From Longimicrobiales bacterium (GTDB lineage Bacteria; Gemmatimonadota; Gemmatimonadetes; Longimicrobiales; Gaopeijiaceae), in the NCBI GenBank assembly GCA_965203485.1, contig OZ241892.1, positions 2,816,001-2,880,000 on the forward strand: a stretch of 64,000 bases of DNA. Reading direction: 5' to 3'. Under the pieces are notes generated by a model that was given only the letters and a program-made list of their open reading frames with translations, searched no databases and was not told the DNA's origin. The stretch's first letter is position 1, and each line of letters begins with the position of its first letter. The position numbers and the translations under genes are program-made. Shown here piece after piece: positions 18,303 to 28,183 of the stretch.

Positions 18303-19733
18303 TTACGCGTGCAGCGCCCTGCCCAGCGCCGCCAGGGCGCCCTCGGCGACCGCTTCCGACAGGGTCGGGTGGGGATGCATGGCGCGGTCGATCTCTTCGA
18401 CCGTGGACTCGAGGTGCCGGGCAACCACGAACTCGCCGATGAGTTCGGTGGCGTGCGGCCCCACGACGTGCGCGCCCACGATTTCCGAATAGCGCTTGTC
18501 GCGGATGACCTTGACAAAGCCTTCCGGCGTTCCGCCCGCGGCCAGCGCGCGGCCGTTGCCGACCCAGGGGAACTGGCCGATCTCGATGTCGAGGCCCTTG
18601 TCTCGGGCCTGCTCCTCCGTGAGCCCAACCGACGCCACTTCCGGGTTGCAGTAGGTGCAGTTGGGCACGTTGCCGTAGTCCACGGCGTGATGCCCCGCGC
18701 CGGCGATGTGTTCAGCCGCCACGACGCCCTCGTGCATTCCCTTGTGGGCCAGCAGGGGCGCGCCCGCGCAGTCGCCCACCGCCCACACGCCGGGCGCACT
18801 GGTCCGCATTGTCTTGTCCACGGCCACGAATCCGCCTGATTCGATCGTCTTCACGCCGGCCGCCGCAAGCCCCACGTCCTCGGTGTTGGGGACCCGGCCG
18901 ACGGCCGAGAGCACGTAGTCCACGTTCAGCTTCCTGGATTCGCCCTTCGCGTCCGTGAACGAAATCGACACGCCGTCGTCCGATGCTTTCGTCTCTTCCA
19001 CGCGAGCGCCGGCGAAGACGTCGATGCCCCGCTTCTTGAAGCTGGCCGCAACGGCCTTCGACGAATCCGCGTCCTCGACGGGCAACACCCGGTCCAGAGC
19101 TTCGACGACGGTGACCTTGGCGCCGTAGGCGTTGTAGATGTCGGCGAACTCCATGCCGACCGCCCCGGCGCCCACCACCACCAGCGACTCCGGCGCCTTC
19201 CGCTGAAACAGCGCGCCGGTGGACGACCAAATGCGCTCCTCGTCGATCTGCAGGAAGGGCAGGCTGCGAGGCCGCGACCCGGTGGCCAGAACGATGTCGC
19301 GCGCGGTCAGCACGGTCTTGTCGCCGTCCTTCTCCACCTCCACGGCGCCGTCGCCCAGGAGCCGGCCATAGCCGTCCACGCGCGTCACGCCGTTCTTGCG
19401 GAAGAGGAACGCAACGCCCTTCGAGAGCCGGGCGGCCACCTTGCGGCTGCGCGCCTGGGCCGGACCCAAGTCGGTGGAGAAGCCCTCCAGCACGATGCCA
19501 TGACCTTGGGCGTGGGCGAGTTCGTTGACCAGCAAGGCGCTGCTCAGAAGGGCCTTGGTCGGAATGCAGCCCACGTTCAGGCAAACGCCGCCCAGCTTGT
19601 CCGCCTCGACGCAGGCGGTGCGAAGCCCGAGCTGCGCCGCCCGAATCGCCGCGACGTAGCCGCCCGGGCCGCCGCCCACGACCACGACGTCGAAATTATG
19701 GTCGTTCTCGGGGCTGCTGGTCACGGCGAACAC
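18303..19733 (-). CDS. lpdA: Dihydrolipoamide dehydrogenase
   Basis: GGGPGGYVAA, GGVCLNVGCIPTK, GAGAVGME, HPHPTLSE. Confidence 0.95.
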   Translation of the reverse strand: MFAVTSSPENDHNFDVVVVGGGPGGYVAAIRAAQLGLRTACVEADKLGGVCLNVGCIPTKALLSSALLVNELAHAQGHGIVLEGFSTDLGPAQARSRKVAARLSKGVAFLFRKNGVTRVDGYGRLLGDGAVEVEKDGDKTVLTARDIVLATGSRPRSLPFLQIDEERIWSSTGALFQRKAPESLVVVGAGAVGMEFADIYNAYGAKVTVVEALDRVLPVEDADSSKAVAASFKKRGIDVFAGARVEETKASDDGVSISFTDAKGESRKLNVDYVLSAVGRVPNTEDVGLAAAGVKTIESGGFVAVDKTMRTSAPGVWAVGDCAGAPLLAHKGMHEGVVAAEHIAGAGHHAVDYGNVPNCTYCNPEVASVGLTEEQARDKGLDIEIGQFPWVGNGRALAAGGTPEGFVKVIRDKRYSEIVGAHVVGPHATELIGEFVVARHLESTVEEIDRAMHPHPTLSEAVAEGALAALGRALHA

Positions 19734-19900
19734 CTTTCGTGGAAGATGCGGGCGAGGGGCAATGCGCTCCCCGACCGCGACGGCTCGACCGGAGCGCCGT
19801 CGGCGGCCGGTCGCTCGCTCGGCGCGGGACGCGGGCGCGCCGTCCGGCGGCCTCGAAAGCTACAACGACTCGCCCGGCCGGAGCTTGCGGGCGGAAGACG

Positions 19901-21397
19901 TCACCAAGGATCGCTTCGATGGATTCGGCCGCCCTTCATCACCCAGACGACGCGCTCCAGCAACGTGATGTCGTCAAGCGGATTGCCGGGCACCGCGATC
20001 ATGTCGGCGTACTTGCCGACCTCCACGGAGCCCACGTCCGCGTCCCAGCCCATGATCATGGCCGAGACGCTGGTGGCGGACGTGATCGCGTCCATCGGAC
20101 TTTGGCCGTTTTCCACCCGCACGGCGAATTCCCGCGCGTTGTGCCCATGGTCGAAGACGCCGGCGTCCGTGCCGAAGCCGATCGTCAAACCGGCGTCCAA
20201 CGCCCGTCGGAAGGAGGCGTTGCGGTAGCGCATCATCTCGGTCGAGCGCCGGATCTGCTCCTCGGGCACGCCGAGGGATGCGCCGTCGCGGGGTACGATC
20301 ACGCCCACGTAGAGAGTGGGCACGTAGTAGGTGTCGGCGCTGGCCGCGAGCATTTGCAGGGCCTCGTCGTCGAGCATGGAGCCGTGGTCGATCGTTCGCG
20401 CGCCGGCCCGGATCGCCGCCTTGATTCCTTCGGTGCCGTGCGCATGAGATGCGACGAAGCTGCCCCAGCGCGCCGCCTCCTCCACCGCCACCGCCAGCTC
20501 CGGGGCCGAGTATTGCTGGGCCCCCGGGGGCAGGCCCTGGGAAAGCACGGCCCCGGTGGCGAGGATCTTGGCGAAGTCGGCGCCGTGCTTGAAGTTGGTG
20601 CGTACCGCCGCCCGCACTTGGTCCGCGCCGTCGGCGAGGTTCCGCACCGTCGGCACGTCGACGTATATGGAGAACCGGCGGGCGTCCCCCGCTCCGCCAG
20701 TAGCGGAGACGTAGTTGCCCGCCACTTGCATCCTGGGGCCCGGCAGGACTTGGGCGTCGATCACGTCTCGCAGGTCCACGTCCACGTACGGCCACGTCGG
20801 CCCCATGTCGCGAACCGTCGTGAAGCCGGCCCGCAGAGTGACCAAGGCGTTGGCGGCGCCGTGAAGCGCGGCCGCGCCCGGGGTGGTCGTGACCAGCACG
20901 TCTTCCCAGTGGACGCCCACCTCGTCGGTCAAGTGGGTATGGAGGTCGATCAGGCCCGGCAGGAGGGTGGCGCCGCCCAAGTCGATCGTCCGGTCGGCCG
21001 CGACGGCTTCGGCTTCTTGTCCCACGGCGACAATGCGGTCGCCTTGGACCAGCACGGCGGCCGGCGTAGCGACGGTCCCGTTGCCGTCGACGAGTCGGGC
21101 GGCGCGAATGAGCGTCGTCGAATCCGCGCGAGCCCCTTGAGCGCGCGACGGACGGGCGATAGGCGTCGGTTCCGGCGACGGCGTCTTCGGTCCCTCGGGG
21201 GTCGCGCGCGCGCCGCGCGCCTTGCGAGCAACCGAGGCCGGCCCGGCGGCGCCCTCTCCGGCCTGCACGGCCGGGTGGCCGACGACGACGGGCGCGGCGG
21301 CCGCCGCCGGGGCCGCCGCGGCGAGCGGCGCCCACCATGCAACGGCCGCGACGCGCGTCGCGAGGACTGCAAGTCGTAGTGCGCGGAATCGGTCCAC
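19901..21397 (-). CDS. Exported metal-dependent amidohydrolase (Xaa-Pro dipeptidase-like); start uncertain
   Basis: LPGLIDLHTH, GFTTVRDMG, ASHAHG, TIDHG, FGTDAG, GKYADM; signal-like N-terminus and Pro/Ala linker. Confidence 0.85.
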   Translation of the reverse strand: MDRFRALRLAVLATRVAAVAWWAPLAAAAPAAAAAPVVVGHPAVQAGEGAAGPASVARKARGARATPEGPKTPSPEPTPIARPSRAQGARADSTTLIRAARLVDGNGTVATPAAVLVQGDRIVAVGQEAEAVAADRTIDLGGATLLPGLIDLHTHLTDEVGVHWEDVLVTTTPGAAALHGAANALVTLRAGFTTVRDMGPTWPYVDVDLRDVIDAQVLPGPRMQVAGNYVSATGGAGDARRFSIYVDVPTVRNLADGADQVRAAVRTNFKHGADFAKILATGAVLSQGLPPGAQQYSAPELAVAVEEAARWGSFVASHAHGTEGIKAAIRAGARTIDHGSMLDDEALQMLAASADTYYVPTLYVGVIVPRDGASLGVPEEQIRRSTEMMRYRNASFRRALDAGLTIGFGTDAGVFDHGHNAREFAVRVENGQSPMDAITSATSVSAMIMGWDADVGSVEVGKYADMIAVPGNPLDDITLLERVVWVMKGGRIHRSDPW

Positions 21398-21964
21398 AGG
21401 AGGACAGGGCGGCGTGAGGGTAGGTGGTCGCGCCGAAGGGGTGGCGCGGCGGGTGTTGCGCTCCGCCCGGAGCGCCGGGGGAAAGCGGTTGTCCTGGGGC
21501 GCACTGTCCGCCACCGGCTCGCGAACGTCACCGCAATCACAGCCGCCTGCATTCGGCTCCCGTTCACCTCGTGCGCAACTCCGCCTCGATCCCTTCGCCC
21601 GCCCGGTTCACGTTGAACCGGACGCTGGGCGAGGCCGAGGCCGAGGCCCCAAACGCCGCCAGTGTAGCCTGGGCGGGGACTCCCTCGCAAGCCGCCGGAC
21701 CTGGTCGAGCTTCAAACCAACCCAACACCGTCCGAGGGTAGGCCAAGAGGGATGTCCTCCCCTTGCGTTGGTCGCGGGCCGCTCACGCGAGGCGCCTCGT
21801 TGAACGCGCGACGGCCGGGCGGCCGAGGCGCCGGGGCGTTGCCGGGCGCGGCGTTACTTTCCATAAGATCGCGTGGCCGCGCGCCCGAAGGCCGACGGCC
21901 GGCTTTGCTCGATCGGCGCGCGACGCCCATGCGCGCCCGGCGCAGGTCGCGGAAGCCGCGCCGC

Positions 21965-22933
21965 ATGACCGAATCCACCTTCGCCGCCAAGCCGGAGGCG
22001 ACAAGCGTGACCAGTTCGCGAGGCCCCGGGCCCGCGCTCGGGAAGCCATCGCGGATGCGCGCGCAAGAGGACGGGCCGCCGATTCGCGTGGCGTTGCCGA
22101 AGGGCCGGATGCAGGCGGCCGTGCTGGCCTTGCTCGCCGACGCGGGCATCGCCGTTCGGCTGGCCGAGCGAAGCTACCGTCCTTCTCTTTCCTGGCCGGG
22201 GTTCGAGGCCAAGTTGCTCAAGCCCCAAAACGTCGTGGAGATGTTGCAGGCGGGGTCGCGGGACGTCGGCTTCGCCGGCGCCGACTGGGTGGCCGAGCTG
22301 CAGGCGGACTTGGTGGAGCTGGCGGACACGGGGTTGGACCCGGTGAGCGTGGTGGCCGCCGCGCCGCGGACGACTGCCGCGAGCGGCGAGCTTCCGCGGG
22401 ACCGCGCGCTGGTGGTCGCGTCGGAGTACGTGCGCCTGTCCGGCGAGTGGATCGCCCGCGAGTCGCTGAAGGCCACTCTGGTGCGCTCCTACGGCGCAAC
22501 CGAAGCCTTTCCGCCCGAAGACGCCGACGTGATCGTCGACAACGCGGCCACCGGCGCCACCCTAAGGCGAAACGGCCTGGTCGTCGTGGACACGCTGATG
22601 CGTTCCTCCACGCGTCTCTACGCGAACCCCGGTGCGCTCTCGGACCCGTCCAAGGGACCGGCGATTCGAGACGTCGCGCTGCTGCTCGGCTCGGTGCTGG
22701 AGGCCCGCAACCGAGTCATGCTCGATTTGAACGTGTCGGAGGACGCCTTCGAAAGAGTGATCGCCGCGCTGCCTTGCATGCGCAGGCCCACAGTCGCGCG
22801 GCTGCACGGCGAGGCGGCCTATTCGGTGCGGGCCGCCGTCCCGCGCCAGGGCCTTCCGGAACTGCTGGTGCGCATGCGCGCGCTCGGCGCGACGGACTTG
22901 GTCGTGGCGCAACCCAGGCAGATCGTCCAGTGA
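21965..22933 (+). CDS. hisG: ATP phosphoribosyltransferase, long form (start 21965 or 22055)
   Basis: IRVALPKGR, DVGFAGADW, YGATE, IVDNAATGATL, C-terminal regulatory domain LPCMRRPTV. Confidence 0.9.
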   Translation: MTESTFAAKPEATSVTSSRGPGPALGKPSRMRAQEDGPPIRVALPKGRMQAAVLALLADAGIAVRLAERSYRPSLSWPGFEAKLLKPQNVVEMLQAGSRDVGFAGADWVAELQADLVELADTGLDPVSVVAAAPRTTAASGELPRDRALVVASEYVRLSGEWIARESLKATLVRSYGATEAFPPEDADVIVDNAATGATLRRNGLVVVDTLMRSSTRLYANPGALSDPSKGPAIRDVALLLGSVLEARNRVMLDLNVSEDAFERVIAALPCMRRPTVARLHGEAAYSVRAAVPRQGLPELLVRMRALGATDLVVAQPRQIVQ

Positions 22934-24666
22934 GCGGCTCCGGCGCGCCGACCACCGGCGCACGCCCTCCCGGCCTCCTCGACCTCGGCCTCAACGAAGG
23001 CGCGCCGCCCCCGGCCGAACGCCTGGAACGCCTAGCGGCCCGCGGCCCGCAGCTCTTCGCCAAGTACCCCGACCCCGCACCGCTCGAAGCGGCCTACGCG
23101 GCGTTTCTGGGCACGAATCCGCACCACGTCCTCGCGACCACCGGCGGCGACGACGCCATCGACCGCGTGATTCGCGCCTACGCGGGTCCCGGCCAGGAGC
23201 TCGTCTTCCCGTCGCCCACGTTCGAAGTCATTCCGCGTTGCGGCCGCTTGGCCGGCGCGACGCTGGCGCCCGTCGCCTACGAATGGGGCGCCTCGCCGCT
23301 CCGCCCCGTCCTCGGCGCGGTGACGGACCAGACCGCGGTCGTCGCGGTCGTGTCGCCCAACAATCCGACCGGTTGCGCGATGAGCCGGGGAGATTGGCTG
23401 GAGCTCGCCGACGCCCTCCCCGAGCACGTGGTGCTGATGGCCGACTTGGCGTACGTCGAGTTTGCGGACGCCGACCCAACGCCGGCGTTGCTGGCGAGGC
23501 CCCGCGTGGTGATGATCCGCACGCTGTCGAAGGCTTGGGGGATGGCCGGGCTGCGTGTGGGCTTCGCGGTGGGCGATCCCGGCCGCATCGCGGAGCTTCG
23601 CGACCACGGCGGCCCGTTTCCGGTGACCGGTCCGGCCGTCGCGGTCGCCACGGAGCAACTGGACGGCGGCGTGGACCGAATGCGCCGGTTCGCGGCGGCG
23701 GTGCGCAGGCGGCGAAGGCGGCTGGCGCAGCTGCTTCGCCAAGCCGACGGCGAGCCGGTCCCGTCCCAAGCCAACTTCGTGCTGGCACGGTTCCCGGACG
23801 TGCGCTGGATCGCGCGCGGCCTCGGGGCGCAGGGCGTCCGCGTTCGCCTGCTGGACGGCCTGCCCCGGCACGCGCGCGTCGCCGTGCCCCCGGACGATGC
23901 GGGACTGGACCGCTTGGCCCGCGCGCTCGGTTGCCTGCGGGAGCCGGACGCGCTGCTGTTCGACATGGACGGCGTGCTGGCCGACGTCGGACAGTCGTAC
24001 CGCGCCGCGATCGTGGCCGCATGCCGATCCTTCGGGGTGGCGGTCGGACGCGCCGAGATCGATGCCGCCAAGGCCGGCGGCGGCGCAAACGACGACTGGG
24101 CGCTGACCCACGCGCTACTGGAGAACGCGGGCGTCGGCGCGTCGCCGGCCGCCGTGCGCAACCGCTTCGAGGAGGCGTATCAAGGCGCCGAGGACGCCCC
24201 CGGCCTGCGACGCTTCGAGACCTTGATCCCGGATCGCCGGTGGCTGAGCGAGTTGGCCGGGCGCTTTCGCCTTGCGGTGGTCACGGGGCGGCCGCGGCGC
24301 GACGCTAGCCGCTTCCTGGAAGAACACGGCTTGGCGAGCCTCTTTCGCGCGGTAGTATGTCGCGAGGACGCGGCTCTCAAGCCCGACCCGGCGCCCGTGG
24401 CGCTCGCGTTGCGGCGGCTGGGCGTCCGCTCCGCCTGGATGTTCGGCGACACGCCCGACGATATTCTTGCGGCCCGCGGCGCGGGCGTCGTCCCGGTGGG
24501 CGTCGTGCCTCCGGGCGCCGGCGGGCCGATCAGGGCGGCGTTGCTGGACGCGGGGGCCGCGCGGATCGTGGACGCGGACGACCGCGACGCTTGGAGGGCG
24601 TTGCGCCTCGCGGCCGGCCGGCCATCGCGCGAGACCGTCCCCGTCCGCAAAGGGAGCGCGCAATGA
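22930..24666 (+). CDS. hisC: Histidinol-phosphate aminotransferase fused to a HAD-family phosphatase
   Basis: SPNNPTG, DLAYVEF, RTLSKAWGMAGLRVG, then LLFDMDGVLAD, VTGRP, KPDP, FGDTPDD in the same frame. Confidence 0.88.
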   Translation: MSGSGAPTTGARPPGLLDLGLNEGAPPPAERLERLAARGPQLFAKYPDPAPLEAAYAAFLGTNPHHVLATTGGDDAIDRVIRAYAGPGQELVFPSPTFEVIPRCGRLAGATLAPVAYEWGASPLRPVLGAVTDQTAVVAVVSPNNPTGCAMSRGDWLELADALPEHVVLMADLAYVEFADADPTPALLARPRVVMIRTLSKAWGMAGLRVGFAVGDPGRIAELRDHGGPFPVTGPAVAVATEQLDGGVDRMRRFAAAVRRRRRRLAQLLRQADGEPVPSQANFVLARFPDVRWIARGLGAQGVRVRLLDGLPRHARVAVPPDDAGLDRLARALGCLREPDALLFDMDGVLADVGQSYRAAIVAACRSFGVAVGRAEIDAAKAGGGANDDWALTHALLENAGVGASPAAVRNRFEEAYQGAEDAPGLRRFETLIPDRRWLSELAGRFRLAVVTGRPRRDASRFLEEHGLASLFRAVVCREDAALKPDPAPVALALRRLGVRSAWMFGDTPDDILAARGAGVVPVGVVPPGAGGPIRAALLDAGAARIVDADDRDAWRALRLAAGRPSRETVPVRKGSAQ

Positions 24667-25262
24667 CCGCCAGGGAGAGAAGGGGCCGCGTGGTCCGCGG
24701 AACCAACGAGACCCGCGTCAGCGTGAACCTCCTCGTGGACGGGACGGGCGAGGTCAAGGCCGATACCGGCATCGGCTTTCTCGACCACATGCTGACGACG
24801 CTGGCCTTCCACGCCGGCTGGGACCTCGACGTGGCATGCAAGGGCGACCTCGAGGTCGACGATCACCACACGGTGGAGGACGTGGGGCTTGCGCTCGGCG
24901 AGGCCGTGCGCGAGGCGTTGGGCGGCCTTTCCGGCTTGGCGCGCTTCGGAAGCGCCCACGCGCCGCTGGACGACGCCCTGGCCCGCGCCGTGGCGGACTT
25001 CTCCGGGCGCGCTTGCTTCGCCGGCGACCTCGGGCTCGCGCGCGACCGCCTGGGCCGCCTCTCCTGCGAGAACGTCCCCCACTTCTTCCGATCTTTCGCC
25101 CACGCCGCCGGACTGACGCTGCACGTGGACGTGATCCGGGGAGACAACGACCACCACCGCGCCGAGGCCGCGTTCAAGGCCCTGGCGCTGGCGCTGGAGG
25201 CCGCGCTCCGGCCCGCCCTGGGCGCAGCGCGACGCCCCCGTTCGACCAAGGGAAGCCTGTGA
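24663..25262 (+). CDS. hisB: Imidazoleglycerol-phosphate dehydratase (monofunctional)
   Basis: TGIGFLDHML, DDHHTVED, NDHHRAEAAFKA, STKGSL. Confidence 0.95.
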   Translation: MTARERRGRVVRGTNETRVSVNLLVDGTGEVKADTGIGFLDHMLTTLAFHAGWDLDVACKGDLEVDDHHTVEDVGLALGEAVREALGGLSGLARFGSAHAPLDDALARAVADFSGRACFAGDLGLARDRLGRLSCENVPHFFRSFAHAAGLTLHVDVIRGDNDHHRAEAAFKALALALEAALRPALGAARRPRSTKGSL

Positions 25263-25885
25263 TTCAGGGGTCGCGCCACGTCACCGTCGTGCGCACGGGC
25301 GCGGCCAACTTGGCTTCGGTCGTGGCCGCCTTCGAGCGGCTGGACTGCACCGTCTCGCCGGCCAACGACGCACGCGAGGTGGCGCGGGCGGACCGGCTCG
25401 TCCTGCCGGGCGTGGGTGCGTTCGCCGCCGCCCGCGGGCGCATCGAGACCGACGGAGTGGTGGGAGCGCTCGGCGAGCGCATCGAACGGGGACGCCCCAC
25501 GCTGGGCATCTGTCTCGGGATGCAGCTGATGGCCGAAGGCAGCGCCGAGGCGCCGGGCGCGGCCGGACTCGGCATCCTGCCCGGCCGCGCCGCCCGGTTT
25601 GCCGCGGACGCCCCCCCCGCCGTCGCTTCGCTTCGCGTTCCTCAAATGGGCTGGAACGTGGTGGAGCCGACCGCCGGCTGCCGCGTGGTGTCGCGCGGCT
25701 ACGCCTACTTCGCGAACTCGTACCGCCTTTCCGATGCCCCCGGCGACTGGCATGCCGCATGGTCCAACTACGGCGGCCGCTTCCTCGCGGCCGCCGAGCG
25801 CGGCGCGACGGTGGGATGCCAGTTCCATCCCGAACTCTCCGGCCGCTACGGCGCCGCGCTGCTGTCGCGATGGCTCAGGGCCTGA
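25259..25885 (+). CDS. hisH: Imidazole glycerol phosphate synthase glutamine amidotransferase subunit
   Basis: ANLASV, LPGVGAF, GICLGMQ, VPQMGWN, QFHPE. Confidence 0.93.
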   Translation: MIQGSRHVTVVRTGAANLASVVAAFERLDCTVSPANDAREVARADRLVLPGVGAFAAARGRIETDGVVGALGERIERGRPTLGICLGMQLMAEGSAEAPGAAGLGILPGRAARFAADAPPAVASLRVPQMGWNVVEPTAGCRVVSRGYAYFANSYRLSDAPGDWHAAWSNYGGRFLAAAERGATVGCQFHPELSGRYGAALLSRWLRA

Positions 25886-25959
25886 CCGCCCCGCCCGGTC
25901 CGGAGCGCCCGATCGTCCCGGCGCACTCCTCGGCGACGGCGCGACGCGCGAAGCACGCG

Positions 25960-26781
25960 ATGCTTGACCGAGCCTCGGGCGCCTCCCCCGCCACCCTTCC
26001 CGCCAGGGTCGTCCCCTGCTTGGACGTGCGCAACGGCCGCGTCGTGAAGGGCGTCAACTTCCAGGGGCTCGCGGACCAAGGAGACCCCGCGACCCTGGCG
26101 GCGGCCTACGAGGCCCAAGGCGCCGACGAGCTCGTCTTCCTCGACGTGACCGCGACGCCCGACGGACGCGCCGCCCGCACCGACGCGGTCAAGGCCGTCC
26201 GCCGGGAGCTCTCCGTGCCGCTCGTAGTGGGCGGCGGCGTCTCGGCAGTCGGCGACGCGGCCGCCCTGCTGGAGGCCGGAGCGGACAAGGTGTCCGCCAA
26301 CACGGCGGCAGTGCGGGACCCCCGCCTGCTCGAGAACTTGGCCCGCCGCTTCGGCATTCAGTGCGTGGTCGTGGCGGTCGACGCGGCGCGCGCGCCAAAG
26401 ACGTCCATCTGCGAGAGCGGCTACGAGGTGGTCGTCCGCTCGGGCTCCACGCGCACCGGCCTGGATGCCGTCGCCTGGACGCGGAGGGCCGTCGCGGCCG
26501 GCGCAGGCGAGATCCTGCTCACCAGCTTCGACCGCGACGGCACCCGCGGCGGCTACGAGACCTCGCTCCTCGAGCGCGTGCGGGCCGCCGTGGACGTGCC
26601 GATCGTGGCCTCCGGCGGCGCGGACTCGCCCGCGCACATGGCCGAAGCCGTCGCCGCCGGGGCCGACGCCGTGCTGGCCGCGTCGATCTTTCACAGCGGC
26701 GCCTGGACCGTGGAGCGCGTAAAGCAAGCGCTCGCCGACGCGGGCGTCCACGTACGCCATCCCCATGGAGCGAAGCTTTGA
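25960..26781 (+). CDS. hisF: Imidazole glycerol phosphate synthase cyclase subunit
   Basis: RVVPCLDV, VVKGVNF, ADELVFLD, GEILLTSFDRDGT, AASIFH. Confidence 0.95.
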   Translation: MLDRASGASPATLPARVVPCLDVRNGRVVKGVNFQGLADQGDPATLAAAYEAQGADELVFLDVTATPDGRAARTDAVKAVRRELSVPLVVGGGVSAVGDAAALLEAGADKVSANTAAVRDPRLLENLARRFGIQCVVVAVDAARAPKTSICESGYEVVVRSGSTRTGLDAVAWTRRAVAAGAGEILLTSFDRDGTRGGYETSLLERVRAAVDVPIVASGGADSPAHMAEAVAAGADAVLAASIFHSGAWTVERVKQALADAGVHVRHPHGAKL

Positions 26782-28058
26782 TCGTCCCATCCATCGACTT
26801 GGCCGGCGGACGCGCCATTCAGCTGGTGCAGGGCCGCGAGCAAGCTCTCGACGCCGGCGACCCGCGCCCCATCGCCGAACGGTTCGGCCGGGTCGGGGAG
26901 GTCGCAGTGGTCGATCTGGACGCCGCCCTGGGCCGCGGATCGAACGCCGAACTCGTCGCGGAGCTCTGCCGCTTGGTCTCGTGCCGGGTGGGGGGCGGGA
27001 TTCGAAGCCGCCAGGACGCGGCGGCTTGGTTGGACAGGGGCGCGGCAAAGGTCGTGCTGGGGACGGCAGCCGTGCCCGAGGTGCTGGCCGGCCTTCCGCC
27101 CGAGCGCGTGGTGGCCGCGTTGGACGCGTGGGAGGGCGAGGTCGTCGTGAAGGGCTGGACCGAACGCACCGGGCGAAGCGTGCTCGAACGCATGCGCGAG
27201 CTGGATGGCTTGGCTGGAGGCTTCCTGGCGACGTTCGTGGAAGGCGAAGGCATGATGGGAGGATTTCCGCGCGACGCAGTCTCCGAGCTGGCGGAAGCGG
27301 CCGGGCCGGCGCGGCTCACGGTCGCCGGCGGCATCACCACCCCGGAGGAAGTCCGGTGGCTCGACGAGCGGGGCGCCGACGCGCAGGTCGGCATGGCGCT
27401 CTACCGCGGCGCTCTGGGCTTGGCGGAAGCGTTCGCGGCGCCCTTGCGCTCCGATCGCGAGGACGGGCTGTGGCCGACGGTCGTGGCCGACGAGCGGGGA
27501 GTCGCGCTGGGATTGGCGTGGTCGGACCTGGAAAGCGTGCGCGCCGCCGTCGAAGAAGGACGCGGCGTGTACCGGTCCCGCCGTCGCGGTCTCTGGCGAA
27601 AGGGGGAGTCGTCGGGCGCTGTCCAGTCGCTTGTGCGCATCGACGCCGATTGCGACCGGGACGCGCTCCGCTTCACCGTCGCGCAGTCGGAACCCGGCTT
27701 CTGCCATCGCGGCAACTGGACTTGCTTCGGACCGGCGCGCGGGCTCGCTTCCCTTGAACGGAAGGTCTTGTCCCGCCTCGCCCGAAGCGAGCCCGGCTCG
27801 CTCACCAACCGGCTCCTCGAGGACGCGAGCCTGCTGCGCGGCAAGTTGCTTGAAGAAGCCGACGAGCTGGCGGACGCCGAGGGCGCCGAACGCGCAACCG
27901 AGGAAGGCGCGGACCTGCTGTACTTCGCAACCGCGGCCCTCGCCCGGTCCGGCGCGCGCCTGGCCGACGTGGAGCGCGAGCTGGACCGGCGCGCCGGCAG
28001 GATCGGACGCCGGACGCCGAGCGAACCCAAGGGCGCCGGCCTGGCGCATCGATCGTGA
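26778..28058 (+). CDS. hisA: Trifunctional HisA-HisI-HisE fusion
   Basis: IVPSIDL, VVDLDAA, VGGGIR (HisA); SRRRGLWRKGESSG, DCDRDAL, FCHRGNWTCF (HisI); KLLEEADE, EGADLLYF (HisE). Confidence 0.88.
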   Translation: MIVPSIDLAGGRAIQLVQGREQALDAGDPRPIAERFGRVGEVAVVDLDAALGRGSNAELVAELCRLVSCRVGGGIRSRQDAAAWLDRGAAKVVLGTAAVPEVLAGLPPERVVAALDAWEGEVVVKGWTERTGRSVLERMRELDGLAGGFLATFVEGEGMMGGFPRDAVSELAEAAGPARLTVAGGITTPEEVRWLDERGADAQVGMALYRGALGLAEAFAAPLRSDREDGLWPTVVADERGVALGLAWSDLESVRAAVEEGRGVYRSRRRGLWRKGESSGAVQSLVRIDADCDRDALRFTVAQSEPGFCHRGNWTCFGPARGLASLERKVLSRLARSEPGSLTNRLLEDASLLRGKLLEEADELADAEGAERATEEGADLLYFATAALARSGARLADVERELDRRAGRIGRRTPSEPKGAGLAHRS

Positions 28059-28183
28059 GAGCCGCCACGCCGAAGCAACCCGCGGGCACAAGCCCTTGAC
28101 GGCGTCCGGCCTGGAGCGTCCGTCGTGAGCATCTCCGCCGCGCCCGTCCGCTCGGGCCCGGGCCGCACCGCACAGGCCCCGCG

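Noticed and set aside
21600..21965. His attenuator leader or 6S RNA upstream of hisG
   Set aside because: No His-codon run; the 6S-like closing stem encloses only about 95 nt and lacks the usual architecture
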